Source of the DNA: Gemmatimonadales bacterium
GTDB taxonomy: Bacteria; Gemmatimonadota; Gemmatimonadetes; Gemmatimonadales; GWC2-71-9
DNA length: 64,000 bases
NCBI GenBank assembly: GCA_035287045.1
Contig: DATECF010000256.1
Location: 43,125 to 107,124 of the forward strand
Direction of reading: 5' to 3'
The notes under the pieces: generated by a model
What the model was told of the DNA's origin: nothing
What the model saw: the letters and a program-made list of their open reading frames with translations, nothing else
Database searches by the model: none
Shown here: positions 17,160 to 26,862 of the stretch, in pieces
Layout: each line of letters starts with the position of its first letter
Position numbering within the stretch: position 1 is the first letter of the stretch
Translations under genes and position numbers: made by a program

Positions 17160-17873
17160 ATGGACCTCAAAGGCGCCGTCTGCGTCGTCACGGGGGGCAG
17201 CGAAGGCATCGGCAGGGCCATCGCGGGAGCGCTCGGCGCCCGCGGAGCCCGGCTCGCCATCTGCGCCCGCACGTCCGGCAAGGTGGACGCCGCCGTGGCT
17301 GATCTTCGCAAGAGGGGGAGCACGGCATGGGGCGCCCGGTGCGACGTGTCCGACGACCGGCAGGTCCGCGACTTCGCGGACGCGGTGCATCGGGAGCTCG
17401 GCACGGTGGATGTGCTGGTGAACAATGCCGGGCTGGGACACCTGGTGCCGGTGGAAGACATGTCGCTGGCGCAGTTCGACGAGACCTTCGCCGTGAACGT
17501 GCGCGGCGTCTTCCTCATGACCAAGGCGTTCTTACCGGACATGAAAGCCAAACAGGCGGGCACCATCGTCAATATCGCCAGCCTGGCCGGACGGAACCCG
17601 GTGCAGCACCTCGCGGCGTACGCGGCGTCCAAGCACGCGGTGCTCGGCTTTTCCAAATCCCTGATGCTCGAGGTGAGGAAACACCACATCCGGGTGGTCA
17701 CGATCTGTCCGGGAACCGTCGTCACCGACATCTTTGGCAAGAGCGCCCGGGAGATCGAGCGCGCCGAGCACAAGTTGCTTCCGGAGGACGTGGCGCACAC
17801 CGTGGTGGCCACGATCGAGGCGGCGGGTCGGGCGATGATCTCCGAGCTGGATATCCGCCCAACGAACCCGTAA
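17160..17873 (+). CDS. SDR family oxidoreductase
   Basis: TGGSEGIGRA cofactor motif, NNAG, and the catalytic YAASKHAV. Confidence 0.9.
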   Translation: MDLKGAVCVVTGGSEGIGRAIAGALGARGARLAICARTSGKVDAAVADLRKRGSTAWGARCDVSDDRQVRDFADAVHRELGTVDVLVNNAGLGHLVPVEDMSLAQFDETFAVNVRGVFLMTKAFLPDMKAKQAGTIVNIASLAGRNPVQHLAAYAASKHAVLGFSKSLMLEVRKHHIRVVTICPGTVVTDIFGKSAREIERAEHKLLPEDVAHTVVATIEAAGRAMISELDIRPTNP

Positions 17874-17876
17874 GGG

Positions 17877-18491
17877 CTACCCGGTTTTCACCGTCGTCAG
17901 CACCCGCATCCCGACCCACCCCTTCACGCGCTCCTCGCGGAGCACCCGCAGCGGTTGCGCGCGTACGTGGGGGAGTGGGTCCGCCGGGCGGCTGTGACCC
18001 ACCAGCTCGGGCAGGGCGCGGTAGGCCGCCATCCACACCCGATGGGTGAGCTTGTTGGGTAGCGCCATGGTCCCCAGCACCAGGCGCCCGCCGGGAGACA
18101 GCACCCGGACCAGCTCCCGCAGGGCGTCGGCCATCTCGGCATCGGTCAGCACGTCGAGCAAATAGGTACTCACCACGGCATCGAACGACCCGGATCGAAA
18201 CGGGAGCGCCAGCGCGGTGGCCCGCGTGAGCGACGCGCGGGCTCGCTCGGCCGTCAGGTGCTCGTCGGCCAGGCGCAGCATCCGCCGCGAAACGTCCACG
18301 CCCACCACCCGGCGCCCGTTGCCGCTCAGGAGCGCCACGCCGCGCCCCGGACCGATGCCCACGTCCAGCACCGACTCCGGCCCCGCGTCCAGGGCCCGTT
18401 CCACGGCGCGCGAAACACCCAGATCGTGCAGGGGCGTCAGGACGCGCTCGTACACCGGCGCCACCAGGTCGTACAGGGTCGCCGCGTGCAT
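17877..18491 (-). CDS. class I SAM-dependent methyltransferase
   Basis: VLDVGIGPGRG motif I. ATG 18491 shares one nt with the upstream TAA (TAATG), so I prefer it over 18512. Confidence 0.8.
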   Translation of the reverse strand: MHAATLYDLVAPVYERVLTPLHDLGVSRAVERALDAGPESVLDVGIGPGRGVALLSGNGRRVVGVDVSRRMLRLADEHLTAERARASLTRATALALPFRSGSFDAVVSTYLLDVLTDAEMADALRELVRVLSPGGRLVLGTMALPNKLTHRVWMAAYRALPELVGHSRPADPLPHVRAQPLRVLREERVKGWVGMRVLTTVKTG

Positions 18492-19198
18492 TACTGCGGG
18501 ATGAACACCCACCGCGCCGACACGGTCGCCTCCACCGTCAGCTCGGGCGGCGTGATGGCGGTCTCGGCGGTCATGGCCATCGCGGCTCGGGCCGCGCGCA
18601 TCACGGGGAAGGCCGGTCCGGCGCTCGACGCCTCGATCAGCGGGCCCAGCCGCCCGCCGGCCGCGCGGGCCATGGCCTCCGCCTCGCGGCGGGCCTTCTC
18701 GACCGCCCGGCCCAGTGCTTCCAGTCGCGCCGCATCGCGCCTGGTGGATTGGAACTGGATACCCGAGATGTTGGTGGCCCCGGCGCCCAGCGCCGCGTCC
18801 ACCACTCGGCCAACCTGGGCGAGGTCATGGACGTGGGCTTCGACGGTGTTCCGCGCCGCGTAGCCCGTGGGTCGCCGTTCCCGGTCGTATTCGGTGTCCA
18901 CGGAGTACCAGATCGACGGCAGCGAATCGTCCGGCACGCGCAGCACCTGCCGCAACGCGGTCCGAACCGCCGTGGCGATCCGGGCGTTCTGCTCCCCCGC
19001 CCGGCCCGCCTGGGGCTCGCGGGTGACCACGCTCACGTGCACCACCGCGTAGTCGGGTGACAGGTCCACCGTGCCGGTCGCGGTCACCGCGATCTCGGGC
19101 CGATCCTGCTGCACTGGGCGGGGCTCCTGACCGGTCGCGGCCGTCGCGGCGGCGAGGTTCATGACCAGTCCAACCAACACGCTTCGCATACATGCCAT
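18491..19198 (-). CDS. SIMPL/DUF541 family periplasmic protein
   Basis: Signal peptide, then IAVTATGTVDLSPDYAVVHVSV and the C-terminal ITPPELTVEATVSARW, both typical of SIMPL. The start at M14 or M17 is uncertain. Confidence 0.7.
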   Translation of the reverse strand: MACMRSVLVGLVMNLAAATAATGQEPRPVQQDRPEIAVTATGTVDLSPDYAVVHVSVVTREPQAGRAGEQNARIATAVRTALRQVLRVPDDSLPSIWYSVDTEYDRERRPTGYAARNTVEAHVHDLAQVGRVVDAALGAGATNISGIQFQSTRRDAARLEALGRAVEKARREAEAMARAAGGRLGPLIEASSAGPAFPVMRAARAAMAMTAETAITPPELTVEATVSARWVFIPQ

Positions 19199-19265
19199 CC
19201 TCCCCCGGCGCCCTGCCGGGGCGTTGCAGCACGTCATACACCGCGATTGTCCGGCGGGAGCCGTA

Positions 19266-22200
19266 TTAGCGGTCCAGCCGCACCTCCGCCAGTCCAGCCG
19301 CCCGGAGCTTCTGGTTCAGCGCGGGAAGGTCCCTGGTCAGGATTTCCTCCCAACGAAGCAGGAGCTTCGACAGCACCATCTGGCGCTCGTGGACCGCTTC
19401 GACGACCACGGTCGTCGGCGCCACGTCGGCGCCCTGCAGCATGCCGAGCAATTGGGCCAGGTTGCCGTTCAGACGGGACAGGCTTTCCGTGGCGTCGCCC
19501 CCGAAACCGCCGCCGCTGCCGACCAGGGCCGCGGCGCGCTGATCCACCGCCGCCATTGCCGTCGCCAGGTCGCCGCGCGCGTTCGCCCCCCGGTTCTGGA
19601 GCTCCGCGCGGAGGGCGCGTGCCTGGTGGAGCGCTGCGGAGTCTTGCTTGAGCGCCTGGTACAGTCCCATGCTGAGGGTGGACTGCTGCGCCAGCGCGGC
19701 CGGCGGCGTCTTTACCCGCGGATCCATGCGCACCGTCAGCGGCTGCGTGTAAGGTCGTCCCGCGACCGTGAGCCGGACGGTGTACGCACCCGGCGCCACC
19801 CAGGGCCCGCGGGGCTCGCGGGGCGTGTCTCGGTAAATCGCCGAGATGGGGTACGAGAAGTTGCTCACCGCCGGCGGGGGGTAGCGAAGGTCCCACGCAA
19901 AGCGGTGCATACCCGGCTCCGCGGAGAGGGTCTGCGGCGGACGAATCCAGTAGTCCGGATGGTTGCGCCCGGGCACCAGCGGCTCGGGCTGGTCGTCGCT
20001 GGCGAATCGGCGGACGACGGCGCCCGACGGATCGCGCACCTCCAGCGTCACTGGCGCGGCCGGCCTCGCCTCGAGGTAGTAGTTGATGATCGCGCCGTCC
20101 GGGGGGTTCTGGCCCGCGGGCTCATCCGGCGGCAGCGGCGTGTCCGTGTTCTTGTTCCACCGAAACCGCGTGGCGGTCTGCGGCCGGAACAGGAAGGCCT
20201 CGGCCTGGACCACGGAGTCGGCCGTCTGCCGGAGGGGTGTGATGTCGTCCAGGATCCAGAAGGACCGGCCGTGCGTCCCGACGGCGATGTCGTCGTCCTT
20301 GACGATCAGGTCCCGAATAGACGTCGGCGGCAGGTTGAGCCGGAGCGATTGCCAGCGGTCGCCGTCGTCGAACGAGACATACACCGTCTGCTCCGTCCCC
20401 GCAAACAACAACCCGTTCCGTTGGGGATCCTCCCGCACCACGTTCACGGCCCCGCCGTTTGGAATGCCATTGGTGACGTGGGTCCAGGTGCTGCCACCAT
20501 CGCGGGTGCGGTAGATGTGGGGCCGGAGATCGTCCAACCGGAAGGTGTTGACCGCGGCGTACGCGGTGAGCGTATCCGAGTGCCCGGCATCCATGATGGA
20601 TACCTTGCTCCAAGGCGTGAGCTCCCTGGGCGTCACGTTGGTCCAGGTCTTGCCGCCGTCGTGCGTCACGTGGATCAACCCGTCGTCGCTTCCCACCCAG
20701 ATAGTATTCAATGACCTGGGTGACGGCGCGATGGTGTAGATCACACCGGGATGGCGGGCCCGGGCCGTGGGCGTGGTCGAGTAGACGCCCACGTTGGGAG
20801 GTACCACCGAATCCGTCCGGGTGAGATCGGGGCTGATACGAGACCAGGTATGGCCGCCGTCGGTCGTCTTCCACAGATGGTTCGAAGCGAAGTACAACGT
20901 GCGCGGGTCCACCGGCGAGAACAGGAGCGGCGCCGTCCGGAGCACGCGGTACTCCGGCGTGCGGATCGCGACGGGACCCACGAACTGTGCCTGCCCGGTG
21001 CGCCGGTCATAGCGCGTCACCTTGCCACCGTAGACGATGTCCGGATCCAGGGGATCGGGGGCCACGTAGCCGTACTCCTCGACGGCCACCGGGTGCCACT
21101 CGCGGAAGGTGATCTGTCCGTGATCGCCGCGGCTGGAGATGCAGACCGAGCCGCTTTCCTGCTGCCCGCTGCACAGGCGGTAGGGAAAGGCGTTGTCGGC
21201 GGTAACGTGATAGAACTGCGCGGTCGGCTGGTTGTACCACGAGCTCCAGGTCTGGCCGCCGTTGACCGTGATGACGGCGCCCTGATCGGAGGTGAGCAGG
21301 ATGATGTCGCCGTTGTTGGGATTGATCCAGCCCTTCTGATAGTCGTCCCCGCCGGGCGCGCCCCGGAACCCGGTCCAGGTCTTGCCGCCGTCGACGGATT
21401 TCCAGGTCACGATGGTGACGGAATAGACGATGTCCGGGTTCCGTGGATCCACCACGATCTCGGCCGCGTCGCTGGGCCGCGTGGCGATGCGGCCGTCGGT
21501 CGTCATCCGGGTCCAGGTCTCGCCGGCGTCGTCCGAGCGATAGACGAAGCCGCCGCCGCGTTGCTCCACCGTGGCGTACATTCGGTTGGGATCGCTGGGA
21601 GCGATGCCAATGCCGATCCGACCCAAGCCCTCCTCGAACGTGGGGAGCCCCTTGGTCAGATGGCGCCAGGTGTTGCCACCGTCGGTGGACTTGTAGAGGC
21701 CGCTGTTCGGACCGTTCCAGGCCGCGTTCTCCCACGGTCCCTGTCGTGCCTGCCAAAGCACCGCGTAGATGGTGTGCGGGTTCTTCGGGTCGAACAGCAG
21801 ATCGGACGCGCCCGTGTCCTCGTCCTGGTACAACACCTTCTGGAACGTCTGCCCGCCGTCGAGCGACCGGAACACTCCGCGTTCCTGGTTGGGCCCATAC
21901 GGATGTCCCAGCACGGCTACGAACAGCCGGTTGGGATTGGCGGGGTCCACGATGATCTCGGGGATCTGCTGGCCGTCGCGCAGTCCCAGATGGGTCCAGG
22001 TCTTACCCGCGTCGGTGGACTTGTAGATCCCATCGCCAGTGGAGAGATCCGGCCGTTGGAGGCCCTCGCCGCTGCCCACATAGATGATGTTGGGATCCGA
22101 CGGCGCCACGGCGATGGCGCCGATGGAGCCGGTGGGCTGATCGTCGAAGATGGGCGTCCAGATGCGGCCGTAGTCGGTGGTCTTCCAGACCCCACCGTTC

Positions 22201-22400
22201 ACTACCCCTATATAGAAGACACTTGGTTGGCTGGGCACGCCGGCCGCTGCCTTGGTACGGCTGGCGCGGTGCGGGCCGACCCCACGCCAGCGCATTTCTT
22301 GAAACAGCGACGGAGAGAACTGCTGCGCTGTCAGGACGGCCGAGAACAACGGGAGTAGAGCGAGCGTGAGGGGTAAGGGCCGAGCCCGGCGCATGAGCAT
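19266..22400 (-). CDS. BNR/Asp-box repeat, sortilin/VPS10- or GH74-like secreted beta-propeller protein
   Basis: 1044 aa with a signal peptide and many SxDxGxTW Asp-boxes (TTDYGRIWT, STDAGKTWT, SLDGGQTFQ, STDGGNTWR, SDDAGETWT, SVDGGKTWT, TTDGGHTWS, THDGGKTWT, TRDGGSTWT). Confidence 0.85.
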   Translation of the reverse strand: MLMRRARPLPLTLALLPLFSAVLTAQQFSPSLFQEMRWRGVGPHRASRTKAAAGVPSQPSVFYIGVVNGGVWKTTDYGRIWTPIFDDQPTGSIGAIAVAPSDPNIIYVGSGEGLQRPDLSTGDGIYKSTDAGKTWTHLGLRDGQQIPEIIVDPANPNRLFVAVLGHPYGPNQERGVFRSLDGGQTFQKVLYQDEDTGASDLLFDPKNPHTIYAVLWQARQGPWENAAWNGPNSGLYKSTDGGNTWRHLTKGLPTFEEGLGRIGIGIAPSDPNRMYATVEQRGGGFVYRSDDAGETWTRMTTDGRIATRPSDAAEIVVDPRNPDIVYSVTIVTWKSVDGGKTWTGFRGAPGGDDYQKGWINPNNGDIILLTSDQGAVITVNGGQTWSSWYNQPTAQFYHVTADNAFPYRLCSGQQESGSVCISSRGDHGQITFREWHPVAVEEYGYVAPDPLDPDIVYGGKVTRYDRRTGQAQFVGPVAIRTPEYRVLRTAPLLFSPVDPRTLYFASNHLWKTTDGGHTWSRISPDLTRTDSVVPPNVGVYSTTPTARARHPGVIYTIAPSPRSLNTIWVGSDDGLIHVTHDGGKTWTNVTPRELTPWSKVSIMDAGHSDTLTAYAAVNTFRLDDLRPHIYRTRDGGSTWTHVTNGIPNGGAVNVVREDPQRNGLLFAGTEQTVYVSFDDGDRWQSLRLNLPPTSIRDLIVKDDDIAVGTHGRSFWILDDITPLRQTADSVVQAEAFLFRPQTATRFRWNKNTDTPLPPDEPAGQNPPDGAIINYYLEARPAAPVTLEVRDPSGAVVRRFASDDQPEPLVPGRNHPDYWIRPPQTLSAEPGMHRFAWDLRYPPPAVSNFSYPISAIYRDTPREPRGPWVAPGAYTVRLTVAGRPYTQPLTVRMDPRVKTPPAALAQQSTLSMGLYQALKQDSAALHQARALRAELQNRGANARGDLATAMAAVDQRAAALVGSGGGFGGDATESLSRLNGNLAQLLGMLQGADVAPTTVVVEAVHERQMVLSKLLLRWEEILTRDLPALNQKLRAAGLAEVRLDR

Positions 22401-22475
22401 CCTCCGAGTGCGAAGATACCGACTAGCCTTTGGGGGGCATAGAGGGGTTGGAGTCGTCAGTCGCGCGACGGCTTC

Positions 22476-22910
22476 TTACGACCCTCCCAGCGGGTGGGCC
22501 CACTTGAGGCCCGGGAACCGGGCGTAATCGCGGTCGGTGGTGATCCACTCGCAGCTCCACTCCATCGCCAGCGCGGCAAAGTACGTGTCGGGAATCAGGT
22601 TGCCTTTGGCCTCACTTCGCTCGCACAGGTCGCGGAAGATTCCCCAGTGGCGAGGTCCCGGTACCACCGGGATGGCGTTGGGTCGGGCCCGGATCGCTTC
22701 CGCAAACGCGAACGCCTCGGCCAGCGTACTGGGGTAGTGATAGACGCGGGGATGCGTCGCGATCCGGATCATCGCGCTCAACGCGATCTCAGAGACTCCC
22801 ACGTTCTCCGGCGCGGTGAGGCGCTCGATGAGCCAGGCCCGGTACTCGTGGTGCCGCGCGCTGTCCGCCCGGAAGGCGTAGAGCAGCACGTTGACGTCGC
22901 ACAGAATCAC
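22476..22910 (-). CDS. vapC: type II toxin VapC (PIN-domain ribonuclease)
   Basis: MILCDVNVLLYAF N-terminus with PIN acidic residues. It overlaps the upstream antitoxin by 4 nt. Confidence 0.85.
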   Translation of the reverse strand: MILCDVNVLLYAFRADSARHHEYRAWLIERLTAPENVGVSEIALSAMIRIATHPRVYHYPSTLAEAFAFAEAIRARPNAIPVVPGPRHWGIFRDLCERSEAKGNLIPDTYFAALAMEWSCEWITTDRDYARFPGLKWAHPLGGS

Positions 22911-23149
22911 CGGCGGCCGTCCATCACCTCGTACAGCCCCGCCGTATCGTCGAGGTCCACGCCGGGGAGGGTGCCGCCGCGGCCGGAACGGGGCAGATCC
23001 GGTGGAGTCTCGAGGGGAGCCCGAGCCGGGCGAGCCAAGTACGCCAATAGGGCCTCCCGGAACACCAGCGTCATCGTCTTCCCCTGGCGGACCGCGTACT
23101 GCTTGACCTTGCGCAGTAGATGCTCATCGAGCCGGACCGTCGTTCTCAT
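22907..23149 (-). CDS. vapB: type II antitoxin (VapB-like, RHH/DUF2191-type)
   Basis: 80 aa starting MRTTVRLDEHLLRKVKQYA, from ATG 23149. The 247-aa ORF-track model is an upstream read-through artefact. Confidence 0.75.
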   Translation of the reverse strand: MRTTVRLDEHLLRKVKQYAVRQGKTMTLVFREALLAYLARPARAPLETPPDLPRSGRGGTLPGVDLDDTAGLYEVMDGRR

Positions 23150-23190
23150 ATGTCGAAATGTCTTATGCTGACATAAAGATGTCAACTGCC
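23150..23190. promoter_or_regulatory. candidate vapBC operator/promoter
   Basis: An AT-rich tract directly upstream of vapB carries ATGTC x3 plus GACAT, including ATGTC-7 nt-GACAT (tcATATGTCgaaATGTCttatgctGACATaaagATGTCaac). Confidence 0.4.
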
Positions 23191-23230
23191 ACGCGATTGC
23201 CCGGTCATCCCTCCTACCTTTCGGACCATC

Positions 23231-23833
23231 ATGGCCGGCGCTCCTTCCGAAACGCTGCTCACATCGCTCCGCGACGGCGCTCCGGTCCTGATTCGGCCGG
23301 TGGTCCCGGAGGACAAGCCCATCCTGCGGGAAGGCTTCACCCGCCTGTCCGAGGAGTCCCGCTACCGGCGCTTCATGCGGCCGGTCAAAGAGTTGACCGA
23401 GGCGGACCTCGACTACCTCACCCGCATTGACTACACCACCCACATGGCCTGGGTCGCGGTGGACCCTCACAAGCCGGAGCACCCTGGACTCGGCGTCGGC
23501 CGCTACATCCAGCTCCCCGGCCATCCCAACGTCGCCGAGGTCGCGATCACCGTGGTGGATTCGCATCAGCAGCTCGGGCTCGGCACCATTCTGCTGGGCG
23601 TCATTACCCGTTCCGCGGTCCAGCACGGAATCGAGGCCTTCGTGGCGCACGTGCTGGTCCAGAACGCGCCCATGGTCAAGTTGTTCACCGAGCTCGGCGC
23701 CACGGTGGCCCTGGAGGATGCCGGCGTGCTCGCCGTGCGGATGCCCCTGCCCCGGCGGCCAGAGGATCTCCCGGACTCACCGGCCGGGAGGGTGTTCCGC
23801 GAAGTGGCGCGCGGCTTCGCGCGCCAGGCGTAA
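23231..23833 (+). CDS. GNAT family acetyltransferase (protein-lysine acetyltransferase-like)
   Basis: LSEESRYRRF motif and the QQLGLGTILL acetyl-CoA loop. Confidence 0.8.
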   Translation: MAGAPSETLLTSLRDGAPVLIRPVVPEDKPILREGFTRLSEESRYRRFMRPVKELTEADLDYLTRIDYTTHMAWVAVDPHKPEHPGLGVGRYIQLPGHPNVAEVAITVVDSHQQLGLGTILLGVITRSAVQHGIEAFVAHVLVQNAPMVKLFTELGATVALEDAGVLAVRMPLPRRPEDLPDSPAGRVFREVARGFARQA

Positions 23834-23890
23834 CACCCTTGCGGGGCGGGACTCCCGCGCCCATATCACGCCCGTCCCGTCCGGCCAGAG

Positions 23891-25345
23891 GTGTCGATGC
23901 GACCCGTCGCTGTGGTTTCCGTGCTCCTCTGTTGCACGACACCCTGGCCCGCCCGCGCCCAGACGGTGCGTGACGACCCCCGGGTACAACAAGCGCTCAA
24001 CCTGCTGGACCTCTGGCTCGACGCCCAGCGGGATTACGAGCACATCCCCGGCGTCTCGGCGGGCGTGGTGTACGATCAGGAGCTGATCTGGAGCAAGGGG
24101 TACGGCTATCAGGACCGCGAAACCCGCGTGGTGCCGTCGGCGCGCACCATTTACAGCATCTGCTCCATTTCCAAGCTGTTCACCAGCATGGCGGTGATGC
24201 AGCTGCGCGACCAGGGCAAGCTCCGGCTCGACGACTCGGTCAGCCACCACCTGCCCTGGTTTTCCATCAAGCAGGCGTATCCGGACGGTCCGCCCATCAC
24301 GATCGAGGGCCTGCTGACCCACGCCTCCGGGCTGCCACGTGAGTCCGATTGGCCGTACTGGACCGGACCTGACTTCACCTTCCCCACGCGCGAGCAGGTG
24401 ATTCAGCAGCTCGCCCACCAGCAAACGCTCTATCCTGCCGAGACCTACTACCAGTATTCCAATCTGGGGCTCACGCTGGCCGGGGAAGCGGTCCAGCAGG
24501 CGTCGGGCCGGCCGTACGCGGACTATGTACGACAGCACATTCTCGAGCCGCTGGGGCTCACCAGCACCACGCCCGAGGTTCCCGCCGAGGAGCGGGGCAA
24601 GCGGCTCGCCACGGGTTACGGCGCGCTGTCCCGCCAGGGGACGCGCACGACGCTGCCGCTGTTTCAGGCGCGCGGCATTGCGCCGGCGGCGGGATTCGCC
24701 TCGACCGTCGAGGATCTGGCACGGTTCGCCCAGTGGCAGTTCCGCCTGCTCTCCCGCGGCGGCATGGAGGTCCTGGCGGCCAACACCCTCAAAGAGATGC
24801 AGCGGGTCCACTGGACCGACCCCGACTGGCGCACCACCTGGGGGCTGGGCTTCACCGTGTGGCGCAACCAAGAAAAGACGTTCGTGGGCCATGGGGGCCG
24901 CTGCCCGGGCTACCGCACCCAGCTCTCACTGCAAACCGACGATAAGATCGCCACCATCTTCATGGCCAACGCGCTGGGCGTGAGCCCGCAGCCCTTCACC
25001 ATGCGGATGTACCAGCTGGTGGCCCCCGCCGTCTCGGGGGCCAAGAAGACCCCCGGCGCCGGCAAGCAGCCGGACCCCTCGTTCGCCAAGTACTACGGCT
25101 CCTACGAGCAGTCGTTCGGGGGTGAGACAGCGGTGATCCCATGGGAAGACGGGCTCGCCATCGTGGGGTTTCCCACCGATGATCCCTTACAGGCGCTCGC
25201 CAAGCTCAGGCACGTGAGCGGCGACACCTTCCGGCGCGTGCGTGAGGACGGCCAACTGGCGGAAGAGCTGGTGTTCGAGACCAACGCGCGCGGCGAGGTC
25301 ACCCGGCTCAAGCGGAACAGCAATTACTCCGCGCGAATCCGATAG
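23891..25345 (+). CDS. serine hydrolase, beta-lactamase/PBP4*-like (class C fold)
   Basis: Signal peptide, the SxxK motif CSISKLFT, and a YSN motif (YQYSNLG). Confidence 0.85.
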   Translation: MSMRPVAVVSVLLCCTTPWPARAQTVRDDPRVQQALNLLDLWLDAQRDYEHIPGVSAGVVYDQELIWSKGYGYQDRETRVVPSARTIYSICSISKLFTSMAVMQLRDQGKLRLDDSVSHHLPWFSIKQAYPDGPPITIEGLLTHASGLPRESDWPYWTGPDFTFPTREQVIQQLAHQQTLYPAETYYQYSNLGLTLAGEAVQQASGRPYADYVRQHILEPLGLTSTTPEVPAEERGKRLATGYGALSRQGTRTTLPLFQARGIAPAAGFASTVEDLARFAQWQFRLLSRGGMEVLAANTLKEMQRVHWTDPDWRTTWGLGFTVWRNQEKTFVGHGGRCPGYRTQLSLQTDDKIATIFMANALGVSPQPFTMRMYQLVAPAVSGAKKTPGAGKQPDPSFAKYYGSYEQSFGGETAVIPWEDGLAIVGFPTDDPLQALAKLRHVSGDTFRRVREDGQLAEELVFETNARGEVTRLKRNSNYSARIR

Positions 25346-25351
25346 TCCCGG

Positions 25352-26668
25352 TTACGCCTGGTCCAGCCGCAATACCGTCTGGAGCAGCACGTTGGCGCCG
25401 TTGGTGACGTCCTCCGGCCGGGTGAGCTCGGCCGGCGAGTGACTGATGCCCTTCACCGACGGCACGAAGATCATCCCCATAGGGCAGATGTGCGCCAGGT
25501 CCTGCGCGTCGTGCCCCGCCCCGCTGGGCATCACCTGGCTGGTGAACCCCAGGTTAGCCACCGCGTCGGCGATCACCTCCCGGATGTGAGGGTCGGACAG
25601 CGCCGCCACGTTGGAATGCTGTTGAGCGAACCTGAACGTGGTGCCATGCTTGGAAGTGACCGTCTGGAGCTCCCGGTAGATCCGGTCCCATAAGGCTTCG
25701 ATTTTCTCCATCGAGAGATCGCGGAGCTCCACGGTCAACGCCACCTCACCGGGGACGACGTTCGGCGCCCCCGGTTTGACCAGCAGGCGCCCTACCGTCC
25801 CTACCTGACGTCCCGGCTCCGCCCGAACGATGCGCTCCACGGCGAGCACCAGCTCGGCGGCCGAGAGCAGGGCGTTCTGGCGCTGGTCCATGGGGGTGGT
25901 CCCCGCGTGGTTCGCGAAGCCGTTGATCGTGATGTCGTAGTGGTTGATCCCCACGATGCCCTCGACGATCCCGATCTGAATGCCCGCCTGGTCCAGAATG
26001 CCGCCCTGCTCGATGTGCAACTCGATATAGGCCGCGACGCTCCCGGGGCCGTGCTTCGCCTCCGCAATACGCAGCGGATTCCCGCCGATCCGCTGGATCT
26101 TCTCGGCCAGCGAGACGCCGTCCCGCCCCGGGGTGCGCAGATCTTCATCCGACAAGTCACCGACAAACCCGCGGCTGCCGGTGAGCCCGCTTTCTTCATC
26201 TGCCCACACCACCACGTCGAGCGGGTGGCGGTTTGGGTAGCTCCGGTCACTTAGCGTGTGCGCCACCTCGATGGCGGACATGGAGCCCACGTCGCCGTCG
26301 TAGTTCCCACCCTCCGGCACCGAGTCAATGTGGGACCCGAACAGAATGGGCGGCGCACCCGCCCGCGATCCCTCGCGGCGTCCCAGGATGTTGCCCACCG
26401 GATCCACCCGCACCGAGAGTCCGGCGGCGCGCATCAACTCCATGACGAACGCCCGCCCTTCGACGTCCGCCGGGCTGAAGGCGACCCGCGACACCCCACC
26501 CTGGGGATTCCGTCCAAAGCGGGAAAGGTCCGAAAGGTGCTGGTTGACGCGGGCGCCGTTCACCCGCCAGGACCGCCAGGCGGTCCCTTGCGGCGCCAGC
26601 CCTCGCGGGTACCAGGCAGCCGCCGCTCCCAAGCCAGCCGCCGCTCCCAGAAACCGTCGTCGGTTCAT
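25352..26668 (-). CDS. M20 family Zn-hydrolase (allantoate amidohydrolase / N-carbamoyl-L-amino-acid hydrolase type) with Tat signal
   Basis: MNRRRFLGAAAGLGAAAAW twin-arginine leader. GSHIDSVPEGGNYDGDVG and HAGTTPM are typical of the carbamoylase family. Confidence 0.85.
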   Translation of the reverse strand: MNRRRFLGAAAGLGAAAAWYPRGLAPQGTAWRSWRVNGARVNQHLSDLSRFGRNPQGGVSRVAFSPADVEGRAFVMELMRAAGLSVRVDPVGNILGRREGSRAGAPPILFGSHIDSVPEGGNYDGDVGSMSAIEVAHTLSDRSYPNRHPLDVVVWADEESGLTGSRGFVGDLSDEDLRTPGRDGVSLAEKIQRIGGNPLRIAEAKHGPGSVAAYIELHIEQGGILDQAGIQIGIVEGIVGINHYDITINGFANHAGTTPMDQRQNALLSAAELVLAVERIVRAEPGRQVGTVGRLLVKPGAPNVVPGEVALTVELRDLSMEKIEALWDRIYRELQTVTSKHGTTFRFAQQHSNVAALSDPHIREVIADAVANLGFTSQVMPSGAGHDAQDLAHICPMGMIFVPSVKGISHSPAELTRPEDVTNGANVLLQTVLRLDQA

Positions 26669-26862
26669 GTGCTTCACCAGGGGAAGGTCGTTGTCGAATG
26701 TGCCACCGCGCTGCGGCGCCAACAAGGAGCGCCAGTGGGCTGGACACCGGAGGGGGCATCACACAGATGATGGTGGCGGCCGCGGCGGCCGCGGTCCCGC
26801 CGGCCTGGCGCGCGATTCGAGTGATTCCATGGAGGCGTTGCGGGCGGAATAGTCGCGCGACG

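Noticed and set aside
26770-26800. Tandem GCGGCCGCG x2 as a terminator or regulatory element between the PP2C and M20 genes
   Set aside because: It is a self-complementary GC-only motif of very low information content in this genome. No T-tract or conserved context supports a call.
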